Shown here: piece after piece, positions 23,171 to 35,228 of the stretch
Layout of the letters: every line of letters begins with the position of its first letter
How positions within the stretch are numbered: the stretch's first letter is position 1
Assembly: GCA_951406725.2 (NCBI GenBank)
Contig: OX597837.1
Span: 18,848,001 to 18,912,000, forward strand
Reading direction: 5' to 3'
Length of the DNA: 64,000 bases
Origin: Octopus vulgaris
Lineage: Eukaryota
Translations under genes and position numbers: made by a program
The notes under the pieces: generated by a model
Seen by the model: the letters and a program-made list of their open reading frames with translations, nothing else
Told to the model about the DNA's origin: nothing
Databases searched by the model: none

Positions 23171-24660
23171 CAGATTATCCAAAGTTAATCAAATAGAAGT
23201 TGATTGTCTTTCCACATGGTTGGTTCACCAGTCTGTTTCATTCTCTCACTAGATTAACAAATACCTACTAATATTCAAATTAGCGAATTTGTTTTTCTTT
23301 CTTGGCATACACTTGCGAATCTTTTTAGCTTGATAAGCTTTAACTCTATAGAAAGAACTTAATATCCCACTCTTTAACAAAAAATAAATTGCTGGTTTGC
23401 AACATTCCTCTCTTCTCCCCCCCCACCACTTTCTTTGGACATCTGTTGGCTTCCAATCTTTGAAATTTTTCATAATGAATTTAGTTATTCACTTGTTCCA
23501 GAAAATTTTTTGAAAAGTGTTACATAGCTTTAAAGTTTGATTATTTTTACATAATCAGAAAACAGATTTGGAAGGTGACATTTTCTGCATGACAACTTTT
23601 ATCAAACAAAATAAAAGCAATATATTGTAAAAGTTCTTTATTTAAAATCCTGTGTAGTTAAATTAGAACTGATTGCAAACTGGAGGAGGAGAAGGGATAG
23701 GATTATTTGTTAGCTGAAAGGACAATGTTATCTTTTTTTTTTTTAATTTCTGGGTATATAGAGAGAATGAGCTTGGTTTCTTGACACCTATACTTGTCCA
23801 ATGGGTGATAGAATCCTGTTGTTAAAACAGTGAAAGAGGGCTCCTTAGACTCGATAATTCACAGAATTTTCTGAAAATCAAAACAAAGGTAAAGCTTCTA
23901 GCTTTTTCCAATGATTTAGTATTTAAACTGAACATACCTACACAGTGTGCCCCCAACTTTGTTTCTTCATAACCCAGAAAAAAAATTTATATTTTTTAAT
24001 GAAATTTTTTAAAAATACACTTCAAATTGTGTACATTCTTATTATATTGGAATTTGTCATGAAAAAACACTTTCTGTAGGTGGGGAGAGGAGTTTCAGAA
24101 AATTCACATGAGTTAGCTTTGCTTCCCTATAACTTTCAGAAAAATTGGTACTTTTTTAAATGAAATTTACCTCCTGTCAGTTATATCGGAATTTAATAAA
24201 AATAAAAATGGTGAACACACATACATACTGACACATCACAATTTTTTTCGAAATTTTAAGTATGATTCTGTAGATGTACAATGATGTGTACGTATAAGTA
24301 CACCCATTTTTTTTCATATGAAATTCTGATATAATCCTAATCCACACACTGAAAGGTGTCTGTTGAAAATTTCATATATAAAAAAAAAAAAACGGTAAAT
24401 TTGGACAAGTACACCTACACACGGTTCACTAGGAAAAAACAAAACTTGTATTTTTCACACACAAACACAAAAATATCTCCAGGATATATATTCTTGAGAG
24501 TGTAGATTACAATTCAGTTTTGTCTTTTACTTGTTTCAGGCAGTGGACTGTGGTCTCACTAGGACACAGACTTGAAATGTTTTGTCAAATAAATCTTTAT
24601 ATTGATAAAATTTAGAAAAACGTTTTTGAGAAGAATTTTATATTATTCTTTATCTCTCCT

Positions 24661-24883
24661 TAGGTGGCGAGATGGTAGAAACGTTAGCACGCTGGTTGAA
24701 ATGCTTAGCAGTATTTTATCTGCCGCTATGTTCTGAGTTCAAATTCTCCTGAGGTCGACTTTGCCTTTCATCCTTTTGGGGTCGATTAAATAAGTACCAG
24801 TTACACACTGGGGTGGGGTCGATATAATCAACTTAATCCGTTTTTCTGTCCTTGTTTGTCCCCTCTGTGTGTAGCCCCTTGTG
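24661..24883 (+). mobile_element. tRNA-derived SINE family B
   Basis: ggtggcgagatggtagaaacgttagcac...gagttcaaattc..gaggtcgactttgcctttcatcct..ggggtcgat..aagtaccag. Other copies at ~19572-19720, 30855-31050, 34695-34885, 51345-51485 and 62220-62440 (-). Confidence 0.8.
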
Positions 24884-25441
24884 GGACCGACAGATTTAAA
24901 AAATAATTTTTTGAACTAAACACTTTCATACTTCTGACAGTGGTAGAATGTGTCATATAAAACATCTTTTACTCTTAGCGTTTTTGAGAAAAGCTTATAT
25001 TTAGGAAGTTATTTCATGTTAAAGTTCTCATATTTCGGTAATTTCAACCAATCAATGACGTGTATTCAGCTGAATAAAATTACTGCTGTTGTTTGTCAAC
25101 AACAACTATCGGAGGTGTATATTTCGTTTGTCACTGTTATTTATGACATCGTTCGAGCGTTTGTACTGGTTTTAGCTTTAAGTTTTTAGGATTAGGGTTA
25201 GGGTTTAGGGTTAGAGTTAGGGTTTTAGGATTAGGATTAGGGTTTTAGGGTTAGGATTGTCATAAATAACAGTGACAAACGAAATATACACCACCGGAAG
25301 TTCTTGTTGATAAACAACAGCAGTAATTTTATTCAGCTGAATACACGTCATTGATTGGTTGAAATTACCGAAATACTACAACTTTAACGTGAAATATAAG
25401 CTTTTCTCAAAACGCTAAGAATAATAAGGGGTTTGCGGTCC
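24884..25441. mobile_element. MITE-like palindrome with a telomeric-repeat core
   Basis: Arms 24973-25148 and 25258-25420 are near-perfect reverse complements; putative termini ggaccg...cggtcc. Confidence 0.8.
25186..25256 (+). repeat. Interstitial degenerate telomeric repeat (TTAGGG/TTAGGA/TTTAGGG)n
   Basis: About 11 units read directly from the sequence. Confidence 0.9.
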
Positions 25442-25949
25442 ATTAGGAAGGCAGGGTACTTGATTCTATGCGAAAATCCAAGTTTTATTTTTTTTTCCTT
25501 AGTGAACTGCGTGCTGGAGTACTTGTCCAAGTTTACAAAAAAAAAAAAAAACACTTATTTTTCTGAAAGCTATGAGGAAACAAAGCTAACTCGTGTGAAT
25601 TTTCTCAAAACCCGTCCTCACTCACTGAAAAATTGTTTCATAAAAAAATTCCGATATAATCGAAATCTACACTATCTGAAATGTATTTGTTGAAAATTTC
25701 ATTAAAAAAATACTCATCTTTCTGAAAAATTATGAAGAAACAAAGTCGTAGGGGGGGGGGGGCACACGTATGTAAGTATGCCTTAAACTGAATATATTTT
25801 GTATTAAAGATAGCATTTTAAACGGATAAACAATTTAGATTTAAAATGTTATCATTAGTAAAGCGACGGTTATCGAGCCTGTATCTTTAAAAAGGTAGGG
25901 TCCATTCTTGAGAAGAAAAAACTAAGGGATGGTCATGGTTAGAACGTCC

Positions 25950-27780
25950 TTAGTCAGCAACATTAATTATTTCCTTACTCCCCACGTCAAACGTGAATGA
26001 GATCAGTGTTTCTCATAGGAGAGGCGACATCTCCTTTGAGTACCTGTTAGGATTGAAAAGGAACGGGATAGACTAATTACCAAATTTAATAATTAACTTG
26101 TCCAACACCATAGCGAAGAAAGAAGAATTATATAGATACAAATCCTATTTTGTCGTTAATTGTGGAGGCCAGATCAAAATATTTTATTGATATTTTGAGG
26201 TGTGGGGCTCTGTTGTCAGTCTGAGAATCACTCGTCTAAATAGCATCTTCTCGTTCAGATGTGGCGAGTCTCTTATCTGAGATGCAAACGGGAAGAGGTA
26301 ATTTCCTGTTTGACATTCATAAAATCGGTGATCCAAAAAGTTTATTAAAGTAAAACATTTCATAATTATAAGTGGCATACCACTTTCAAGAATTCTCACA
26401 TACGTCCTGGGCATAAGTGAGAATTCTTCAATCCACGGCGAGCACACCAAGCAGTGTAAGTCTTCGAGTCAGTGTCGTAATTAAATGCGTTTCATTGATT
26501 GTCTTCTGATCTGTAAATATTTCGTTGGGATTCACGATAAAACGAGGAGCAGCATTGCGTCCACGAGACATGCTAATCTGGTTAAAATAAAATTGAAACC
26601 AAAACCATTTCAGTTTTTACGAACGTTAGACTGGAAATTACTCGGGAAGGCAGGATCTGTTTTGGTAAGGTTTCAGTTTGGTTTTCGTACATTTCTGGTA
26701 TCTGTCAATGCCGTGACAAAAGATCGTCAAGCAACTGACTCTCTTAAATGGTAAAATACATGAAAAGCGGCTTAATGAAATGTTATTTCTCAGAAGCGTT
26801 TTTCTGTGCAAACTGATGCAATTGTTGCATCCACGACGTCGTGACAAATTCTTTTCTTTTTTCTTTCTATTTTCAAGTTTGAAGACGAATTCTTCCGACG
26901 TTTTCAAACTTTTTTTAGGTAACTTCCCCATTTACCTCTTTCGTATACAAATGAAAAATGGTAATCTAGAATTATAGATGACTAAAATTCAATCGTTTTT
27001 CGATCTCTTCTTAAACAAATTACACAGTCACATCTATAATCAATAACTATATCAAACACAAGATGTGCAAAGCGGTTAAACAACAATCGCGTTTGATTTG
27101 TGCAACGAGACCGAAATTTTCCTGTCAAACAATTATTTACTGAACAACTTTCGGACGTGTTTTAAAGTTCACCGCTCAATTCAATATAACTATCCAGATG
27201 TGTATTTATTTACAAGCTGACTCTGTGAGAATCTAATTGTCGGTATTTAATTTATTATTTTTAAACTACCGATATTCTTTGTGTTCTTGTTTGATCATAA
27301 ATCGGCCATGGATCAGACAGGTCTATGATCAAAAGCATTCCAACCATGATCACCCCATCTTTTTGTGTATCTAACATTATATTTTACAAAACGTCTTTTA
27401 AAAAAGAATATATAAAATATAAACTACGGTTGTGTAAGCCGAGGTAGATTTGGTTGCTATTTCTCATTAATTCAGAATTCGCTGTGTGAATAGTCAACTC
27501 CTCCATCCAACCCAATGTTGTTATTGAATATATGAAGCATTCTTTTTTGTTTCCTTTCTATTGTTAATCTCAATTGTTTCTATCGAGTTTATAGATATGT
27601 TTTGTAAACGATTCCATCTTGTTGAGTAAATTGCGAAAAGCCGAAGAAAGTGGTGAGAATCTATTTAGCGACACTCCACAGAAGATTTCGTGAAACGTGT
27701 AGATTCTAATGTCTTGGATCTTGTCCTTCGATTGAGAGAGAAGAAAGCAGGAATAAGTGGTTTTGTTGTTTGAACTAGCG
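25950..27780. promoter_or_regulatory. Candidate bidirectional promoter / first-exon region
   Basis: Repeat-free and visibly CpG-enriched relative to the flanks. Strong + strand donor GCG|gtaagt at 27781 and possible - strand donor GAG|gtaaat at 26935. Lies between two divergently oriented genes. Confidence 0.45.
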
Positions 27781-28100
27781 GTAAGTAAAAAGGGGGGGAT
27801 GGAAACGGTTATGGTTCTTTACTTATCCTGTTGGCTTTGTTATGAATTAAGCTATCTTTTATGAATATCAGAACTATAAAATACAAACACACACATGTAA
27901 GTGCGTAGATACATACATTTACACATAGTGGTATGCACACATATACACACATATTCTGGCGTCTGTTAGTCTTGGAAGATCGTGGATTTTCACCTGGAAA
28001 GTTGTGATTTAGTCTTGTTGGCAGAGTACCATCTGCAGTGGCAGTAGAGGTCCCCACAACAGGAATCACAAATACTTTAGAAGTCCCGTTTGATAGTATA

Positions 28101-28104
<4 letters not shown>

Positions 28105-28155
<51 letters not shown>
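28105..28155. repeat. (CT)n microsatellite
   Basis: Read directly. Confidence 0.95.
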
Positions 28156-28169
<14 letters not shown>

Positions 28170-28244
28170 TTCTTTTCTTTTTTTTTTGTCAAGTATCTTT
28201 CATTCACCAACAAGCTTTAGTTTTCTTAATTAAAAAAAAAAAAT

Positions 28245-28620
28245 CTGTCTTATTCCAGCGGTCACTTGCAACGTCCTCCCATCTTTCAACATTCTTATCC
28301 AGTGACTTCATGTCTCACTTGCAGATATCTTTGAAATGAAGATGGAATTGTTAGAGGACTCACCCTATTCAGCATGTCTTTGGGGATCCTCATATTTAGT
28401 ATGCAGTGTGTATGACCCAGTATGAGGAAATGTTGCAACAGAACAAGGTATCTTGATGTTGGCCAGGATCCTATTGATTCAAATCCAACCTACTTGATAT
28501 TTAAGAAGCATGTCAGTCTATACAAAATGAGAAGTGTAGTGATACTATTCTTTGCCATAAAACAATGTGCTCAGAATTCAGGCTCTGAAGTCTGTAATAT
28601 TGCTGGATGTCTCTAGCTTG
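28245..28620 (-). mobile_element. RTE/BovB-like LINE C-terminal fragment
   Basis: Minus translation LGHTHC..MRIPKDML...LHFKDICK*DMKSLDKNVERWEDVASDR matches the RTE post-RT motif WLGHV.RM..GRIPKD.LY...RFKD.CKRDMK. Confidence 0.7.
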
Positions 28621-28639
28621 CTATTCTTCTAGTCTCTTG

Positions 28640-31600
28640 TTATCCACTCCATCCACTGATGCTTTATTTTTCTATCTCAATTAAGGCTTTGTTTTGCACT
28701 TCATTTGTGCAAATTACATTAATATAAAGGCTGGCAAGATTCTAAACTTGGTGCTTAGAATCTTCTGAAAAATCATCTTTGTTCCATAATTGTAAAGGGT
28801 CAACTCCTATATTACAGGTTGTCAACAAAATAGCAAATAAATCTCTTAACTGCTTTGGGGATTGGTTATGGCTGCTTTTTTTAAAGTGACTTCCCTTTGA
28901 CTATCATCTTCTAGTATTTCACATTTGTGGCATTCCTCTCTCTCTTTAAATGCAACACAAATATGACCATCAGCTGTCCTAAGGTCTTCAGAAGATCTAG
29001 ACCCTATAACTTCATGCAGATTCTTAAAAAAAATATTGGTTGGGATGACTAGTATAAACTCTGCTGAAAGTGCAGACAAATTTTACCTGTGGATGACCTT
29101 CAACTTTGCCTCCTCTCTTCTACTCCGTTTTCTGTTGTTCCATATATAATAAAGTAACAAGTGATGCAATGAAGTTTAAGCAAACATATCTTCTTGGCAC
29201 AGTGTAGAAAAAGTTGTAAGAGTAGTTTCTGTTGGAGTAAGAGCTTATTACTAAGCAGGTTTTTTATCGGTCTACTTTCTAAATGAAGTGCAAGTTACTG
29301 TACTGTAGAAAATCTTTCATGGTTGGGAGTGCCAAACATTTCCCAAAATATTTTATTGTTGCTTAAGTAACAACTTTGTTGATAGTTTGTCATTTCATCA
29401 GGTATAGTTTGTTGTTCATCAGACTTAACTATATCAGATCCCTTGTTCACATGATAGACTTGACAGAGTTACAAAATACAACCTTAATATGTACTTTAAT
29501 AAAAGCTTTTGTCAAGAGAGAGCAGTGGCGTACAATCCATTTATTTGCAACTAGCAGATACCTGGCATTGCTCAAGATTTAAATGGCATAGTTTGTATAT
29601 CCTAGTACAGTTAAGATGAAATGTGATACAGGGAAGAGTAGCATTGATGACAAAACATTTGTGGAGTAAATGAAGAGCTAATTCGACTAAGTGACATGTC
29701 ATGTGTCTGTTTGGAAGGTTCCAGGCCCTAACCATGTCATGAAAAAGTGGGGTGGGGGTGGGGGTATGTTATTTTTGAATGCACCAAAAAGCTCTCAGTG
29801 GATATACTTTCCTTTGTGGCTGATGGCACTGTCGCTACCATGCTGATCAATCAGCAGACATAAGAACCACATCTATGTGATAACTTAAGCCTGTGGGAAG
29901 GCTCAACAGCACTACATGAGAGAAAACTATATGAAAGAAATGAGGTGGTAAGGGGTGGTGATTGGCTGAAGCAGCATTCATGGTCAGGCGAATACTACAC
30001 GGCTCATCGCAGTAGCTGTACATGCAGCATTTTGTGATTGTCTAATTGAAGTTTCATGTGACATTTCATTTGCTCTCCTGTTCAATTTCTCTGCTACTAC
30101 TGTTTTTCAACGAATGGAGGATCTCTTCTTTGGAGACATTATGTCAAGAAATATGATGTAATAAACAATTGTATGTTAATGATGAAATATCAATAAAAAA
30201 AAGTAAATAATATCAATATCTTAGCAAATTTTAAGAAATACACACAATGAACTGAGACGACACTGTTATGTTAAGTAAATGTCATTAAAAAACATTAATT
30301 AATATCAATATTTTAAAAAGATGAAAAAGGTTCAATGGAAAAAGCTTTACCTAGTAATACACCCAAGTGGATTAACTGCACTGGATGTAAGGGAGACAAT
30401 CAATTTCCAAGAGTTCATCATCATCATCATTGTTCCACCGTGGTCGAGACAATGGAATTTACCATGCTACGCCAGACTTCATGGTCCATCATGGCATTAC
30501 GGAGGTCCTGTTGCTGGATGCCTGTATCCCTGGAGATTACATTGCGAGTAAATGGCTTCCAGAGTTACTTCATAGAGTGTTACCTCTCTTCTCCACATAA
30601 GTCGTATGTACCCTAGAAAAGGGAGTTTTCTGCTCCCAGAGACTCCATTACTCATTGTGTAAAAGATTTTAAGTCTAAGACCAACTCTGGAACATAAGTA
30701 ATATATGTTTCCAGTTTGGAGAAAATCTGTTGCGAACTTCAAAAGTTATGTAGGTTTACACAGACATACTTAGTTTTATATACATAGATTACATTTTGTT
30801 CAAACCTTATTGTAAAGCCTTCATCATCAGGTTTTCTGTTGCAATATGAAAGATAAACATTAGCATGCCAGGTGAAATGCTTAGCGGTATTTCATCTGTC
30901 TTTACATCCTGAGTTCAAATTCTGCCGAGGTCGACATTGCCTTTTATCCTTTCAGGGTGGATAAATTAAGTATCAGTTGCGTACTGGGGTCAATCTCATC
31001 GACTGGCCCCCTCCCCCAAAATTTCAGGCCTTGTGCCTAGAGTAGAAAACAATGTGAATGATAATCATCTCCTGTTAGAGTGTAATTTAAAAATGGTTTT
31101 GGATGATAATGTTTTGTCCATTTATTGTCCTTCATACAAAGTAATTTGAAATCTAGAGAATCCCATTGACTATGTATCTCTCAAGTTCAAGAGGTGCTTG
31201 TCTGTGTTAGGGTCCAGAAGTTCAGCTGAAATAAAGGAATCAATTTGATTAGCTGAATTTTGTTGGTCAGTCAAATCAAAATGTAAACATGAACCAGTCT
31301 CCTCCTTTGCTATTCAGTGGTATATACATGTGACTCAAAATATTGGGCTCAAAATTTTGGATTTTATCATTAAATTCATCAGGTTTAATTGTTTCAGCAA
31401 AACACTCTGGCTGTGTGGTCATATCTGATATAACATTTTGTACGTTTGTCCAGGTAGTAACTGATTTTAATTGTGATAAATAGGTCAGGTTGACCAAATG
31501 TGCAAATATATGTCAATACATCTTAAGTTGTTTGATGCATGTTATGTGCATTACCTGTAGAAGTTGAAGGAGGAATGCAAAGTTGGTCAAGGTCTTTCCC

Positions 31601-31650
31601 TGTTGCATTATTGTTGATACATATATTTGATGGTTTCTAATCTTTTAGCT
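28640..31650 (-). mobile_element. Helitron RepHel remnant, interrupted
   Basis: Collinear degenerate motifs. Rep region ~31080-31650: FGQPDLFIT, E*QRRRLVHVYILI, NQIDSFISAELLDP. Linker ~28640-29400: YLSNNKIFWEMFGTPNHER, PTETTLTTF..LCQED, SSEDLRTADGHICVAFKE..C....ILEDD, RDLFAILL. Confidence 0.8.
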
Positions 31651-32269
31651 CTCATTTTTATAAACTGAAAATTGGTGTAAAAATGTCTCTAGTAGATAAT
31701 GTTTTAGTGTGGTGATAATAAGGTAATATATCATTTTGGGAACCTGGAGAAAGCAATGTGTACATATATATTCTGGTATATTATTCTCTAAAATCTTTAT
31801 GGTTCCTTCACAGAATTCAACACTAATCCTTAACCCTTTTTTTTTTTTTTCCATATTTCCATTTAAATACTTTGTCCATGCTTTTCAATTCATTTTGGAA
31901 ATGATTTAGAATTTGGTAGGATTTTGCCAAATAATTGAATTTGTCATTTTTAAGATGGTGTTTGAACCAAATCTTAAGAAAAGTTCTTGCTTAAAATGTT
32001 TGTAACTACAAACATTTTAGAATTCAACGTTATGCATCATAAAACCAGTTGGTAGTGACAGAAATGATTGGGATCTAGAGGGTTTTAAATTCATACGATA
32101 TAGGTGCATGCATGGCTGTATGATAAAAAATTTGCTTTCTAACTACTTGGCTCCAGATTCAGTCCCACTGCATGGCACCTTGGGCAAGTGTCTCCTGCTA
32201 AAACCCTTGGCCAACCAAAGCCTTGTAAGCGGATTTCATAGATGGAAACTGGAAGAGGCCTGTTATATA

Positions 32270-33135
32270 CGAGGTGATATCAAAAGGTTCCTGGACTAGT
32301 TTATGTTTAATAAAAAATAACTTATTTACCTAAGTTTTAACATCATCTCCTTTGAAATAGTCACATTGCGTAGCAATACACTGGTCCCAGCATTCTTGGC
32401 ACTTTTGGAATCTAGCCTGGAAGTCATTTTCCGTAAGTGAATTGATGACTTAAAATTCGCTCTGAATCTTGACATTGGTGTTAAAATGGCAACCTTTGAG
32501 CTGCATTTTCATCTTAGAGAAGAGATGGAAATCTGCAGGTACTAAATCTAGTGAATAGGGAGGGTGCAGAAGCAATATGTTGATTTTGGCAAGAAACTCA
32601 TAAGTGAGGAGAGCTTATTGAAGAATCCAATTTTTTGTGCTCCACAAATCCGGTCGCTTTCACTAAATGTCCTCTCTCAAAAACTTCAAAATGTCGCAGG
32701 CTCTGGGAGATGAATTCTCAATGCTCAATACCACATTTCTGGAAATGACACTCGTGGCAGCTCTTCCAGATCATACATCATCTTCCAAAGACTTTCTTCT
32801 GCTTTTGAAGTGCCTGTGCCACTCAAAACATTTGCTACGACCCATTGCCTCATCACCATAAGCTTACTCAAGAATGTTCAATGTCTCTAGCAGACTTCCC
32901 AAGTTTAATGCAAAATTTCACATTGGCTCTTTGTTCCTGTCTCTGCCAAAATCACAGACTACAGCATAGACATGATCAAAAAACACAAATTTCATAACTT
33001 GCAAAGTAAACAGTGATATCACTTGGCACACTGCCCCATGAAGGTCATTGCTAGCTCTCACTGCACACACAACCATGTGCTGCCATCTGTTGTTGTACTG
33101 CAGAACTAACCCAGAAACCTTTTGATACATCCTTG
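32270..33135 (-). mobile_element. Mariner-type DNA transposon, internally deleted, inserted in a SINE
   Basis: TIRs cgaggtgatatcaaaaggttcctggactagtt / aactaacccagaaaccttttgatacatccttg with TA at the left end. Same TIR family as 42715-43131. Confidence 0.8.
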
Positions 33136-33591
33136 CACATATGTATGTGTGTGTGTGTTTGTCTCCTGCCTTCTCTTGACAACTGGGGTTGCTTTGTTTA
33201 TGTCCCCATAACTTAATCATTTGGCAAAAGAGTCCAACAGAATAAGTACCAGGCTTATAAAACTAAGTACTGGGTCAATTCATTTGAGTAAAACCCTTCA
33301 AGATGGTGCCCAAACATGGCCACAGTCCAGTAACTAACACGAATAAAAGATAAAAGACATTTACTTTTGAATCTGAGATAATTTGGTGTTCGGAGAAGAG
33401 AAACAAATCCTGATTTTATATTCCATTTAATTAAAAAATTTTCTTTTAACCAGAAACCTTTGCTGCCATAATGAAGAAAAGCACAAAACACTGTAATGCA
33501 GATGTACATTATCGAAGATATTTCAAGGCTCTTTCGGTAAAGAAAAGAAACAATTTGTCTATGTTTATACATTTTATCTTTGTATTTAAAT

Positions 33592-34019
33592 CAGGGGTGG
33601 GGAAAACGCTGCCTGCAGGTGCAATTGCACCTGCGAACTCATTTTATTGCGCCTGCAATCTGATATACTAGTATTTACTGAATATAGTAAGTTTTTCAAT
33701 TACAAAATTTATACAATACCCGTGTGCCTATTTGTGACATAGCTCACATTTCTATTACGAGTGAAAGCGGTCAGACTTAAACAGATATTGTCCGGTAATT
33801 GTCATTTGAATGGAAATTTTGTTTCCACTATAAAACACATTGCTAGGTTTGTACCACCCACTTGAGATCCAACTACACTCCAACTGAGAAAATTAAAAAT
33901 ATATTGCATGTATCGAAATAATTTTTATATGAAATGAAAGCGGAAGATACTGTGTAAAAATAATTCATATCCATCTCCACCCACAAACCTTTTTCTTTGG
34001 AAATTTTTGCCCACTCCTG
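33592..34019. mobile_element. hAT-type MITE
   Basis: TIRs caggggtggggaaa / tttgcccactcctg. 8-bp TSD atttaaat versus gtttaaat once the adjacent TTAA element is removed. Confidence 0.75.
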
Positions 34020-34025
34020 GTTTAA

Positions 34026-34244
34026 CCCTTTAGTATTTAAACCGGCCATATCCGGCCAAAATATTTAATCTGTTTTATGTTCAAACTGACCAGATCCAGG
34101 CTCTCACACCTACCCTACAATGTTATTCTACATTAAGTAATTACACCATCAAGATCTTGAAGATATGAGATAATGTATGATTAATTCAAATCAATGGGAA
34201 TCAATAGGCATTATGTTTGATTGAATAATCAGAACACTAAAGGG
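34026..34244. mobile_element. piggyBac-type MITE (TTAA target)
   Basis: TTAA|ccctttag...ctaaaggg|TTAA. Homologous copies at 53762-53969, 58454-58899 and 58513-58734. Confidence 0.85.
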
Positions 34245-35141
34245 TTAAATGTATGACAGAAATAGCTAGGTTTCTTTCTCTGATATTTACATAGTTCAAC
34301 CTATACAAGTGAATGAGTGAATTTTGAAAGTAGTAACTATAAAATTAGTTTTTAAGCATTGAATGGCTATGGGGATCCACCAGACAAAAATAGTCTAGAT
34401 CTTGTTTCTAGCTTGATAAGTTTCATGCTACTAAAGTTGCTTTTGCACTCAGGGGAGCTGCATGAGATTATATTTGAACAACCATTTCTTTGGGTTATAA
34501 AGTAGAGGATTCCCCAAATATATCTCTGTTTCTTTAATTTTATACTTTGTTTTACATTGACAGGCGGATTGGACAAAGAAGCCCAGTATCTGTAATGAAC
34601 CTGAAATTCTCCAGCAATATTTTAAGGAGGTATTATTATTTTATTTAGGCCACTTCAAACTCTGTCTTCATTTTTATCATTTTGCTTTTGTTATTGTGAC
34701 GAGCCGGAAAAAAAGTTAGTGTAGCACACTGGGCAAAATGCTGAGTTCAAATTCCACTGAAGTTGACTTTGCCTTTCATCCTTTTGGGGTCAATAAATTA
34801 GGTACCACTTCAGTACTGGAGTCGATGTAATCGACTAGTCCCCTCCCACAAAATTTCAGGCCTTGTGCCTATAGTTGAAAGGGTTATTATTACCATTGTG
34901 GGTTGAGATTGGTAGACTTGGTCAAGCATCAAATAAAATGTCTTGTGGTACTTAGTTCTTTCTATTTACATACTGAGTTCAGAGTCCATCATGTTCAATG
35001 TTTCCCTTTCATCCTTCTGCAGTGAGGAATTTATCAAAGTTAACAACAGCCTTTCTAGCATCTAGTATGTAGGTGATTGTTTTAGCATAACTAATGGCTT
35101 TCTTTGGTAGTGAGAGTATGATTGAGTCATAGTAATTATCT

Positions 35142-35228
35142 ATGCTGAACTGGATAAGCTATTTCAAGTTTATTCCCCATGTTTCTGAATCACCCAATTA
35201 TCTCTATTGTACTCACCTGCTGGATAAG
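35142..35228 (+). CDS. Unrecognised spliced gene, first coding exon (MLNWISYFKFIPHVSESPNYLYCTHLLDK)
   Basis: Acceptor ctaatggctttctttggtag| at 35110, ATG at 35142, consensus donor AAG|gtaagt at 35229, phase 0. Confidence 0.5.

Larger units (their letters stand above)
23931..25782. mobile_element. Long-TIR foldback (non-autonomous DNA transposon) with TTAAACTG target-site duplication
   Basis: 23933-24155 is the diverged reverse complement of 25551-25780, and 24396-24460 of 25470-25537. ttaaactg(aa) flanks both ends (23923-23930 and 25783-25790). Confidence 0.8.

Noticed and set aside
25186-25256. True telomere or end-to-end chromosome fusion site
   Set aside because: Short, degenerate, single orientation and enclosed by inverted arms.
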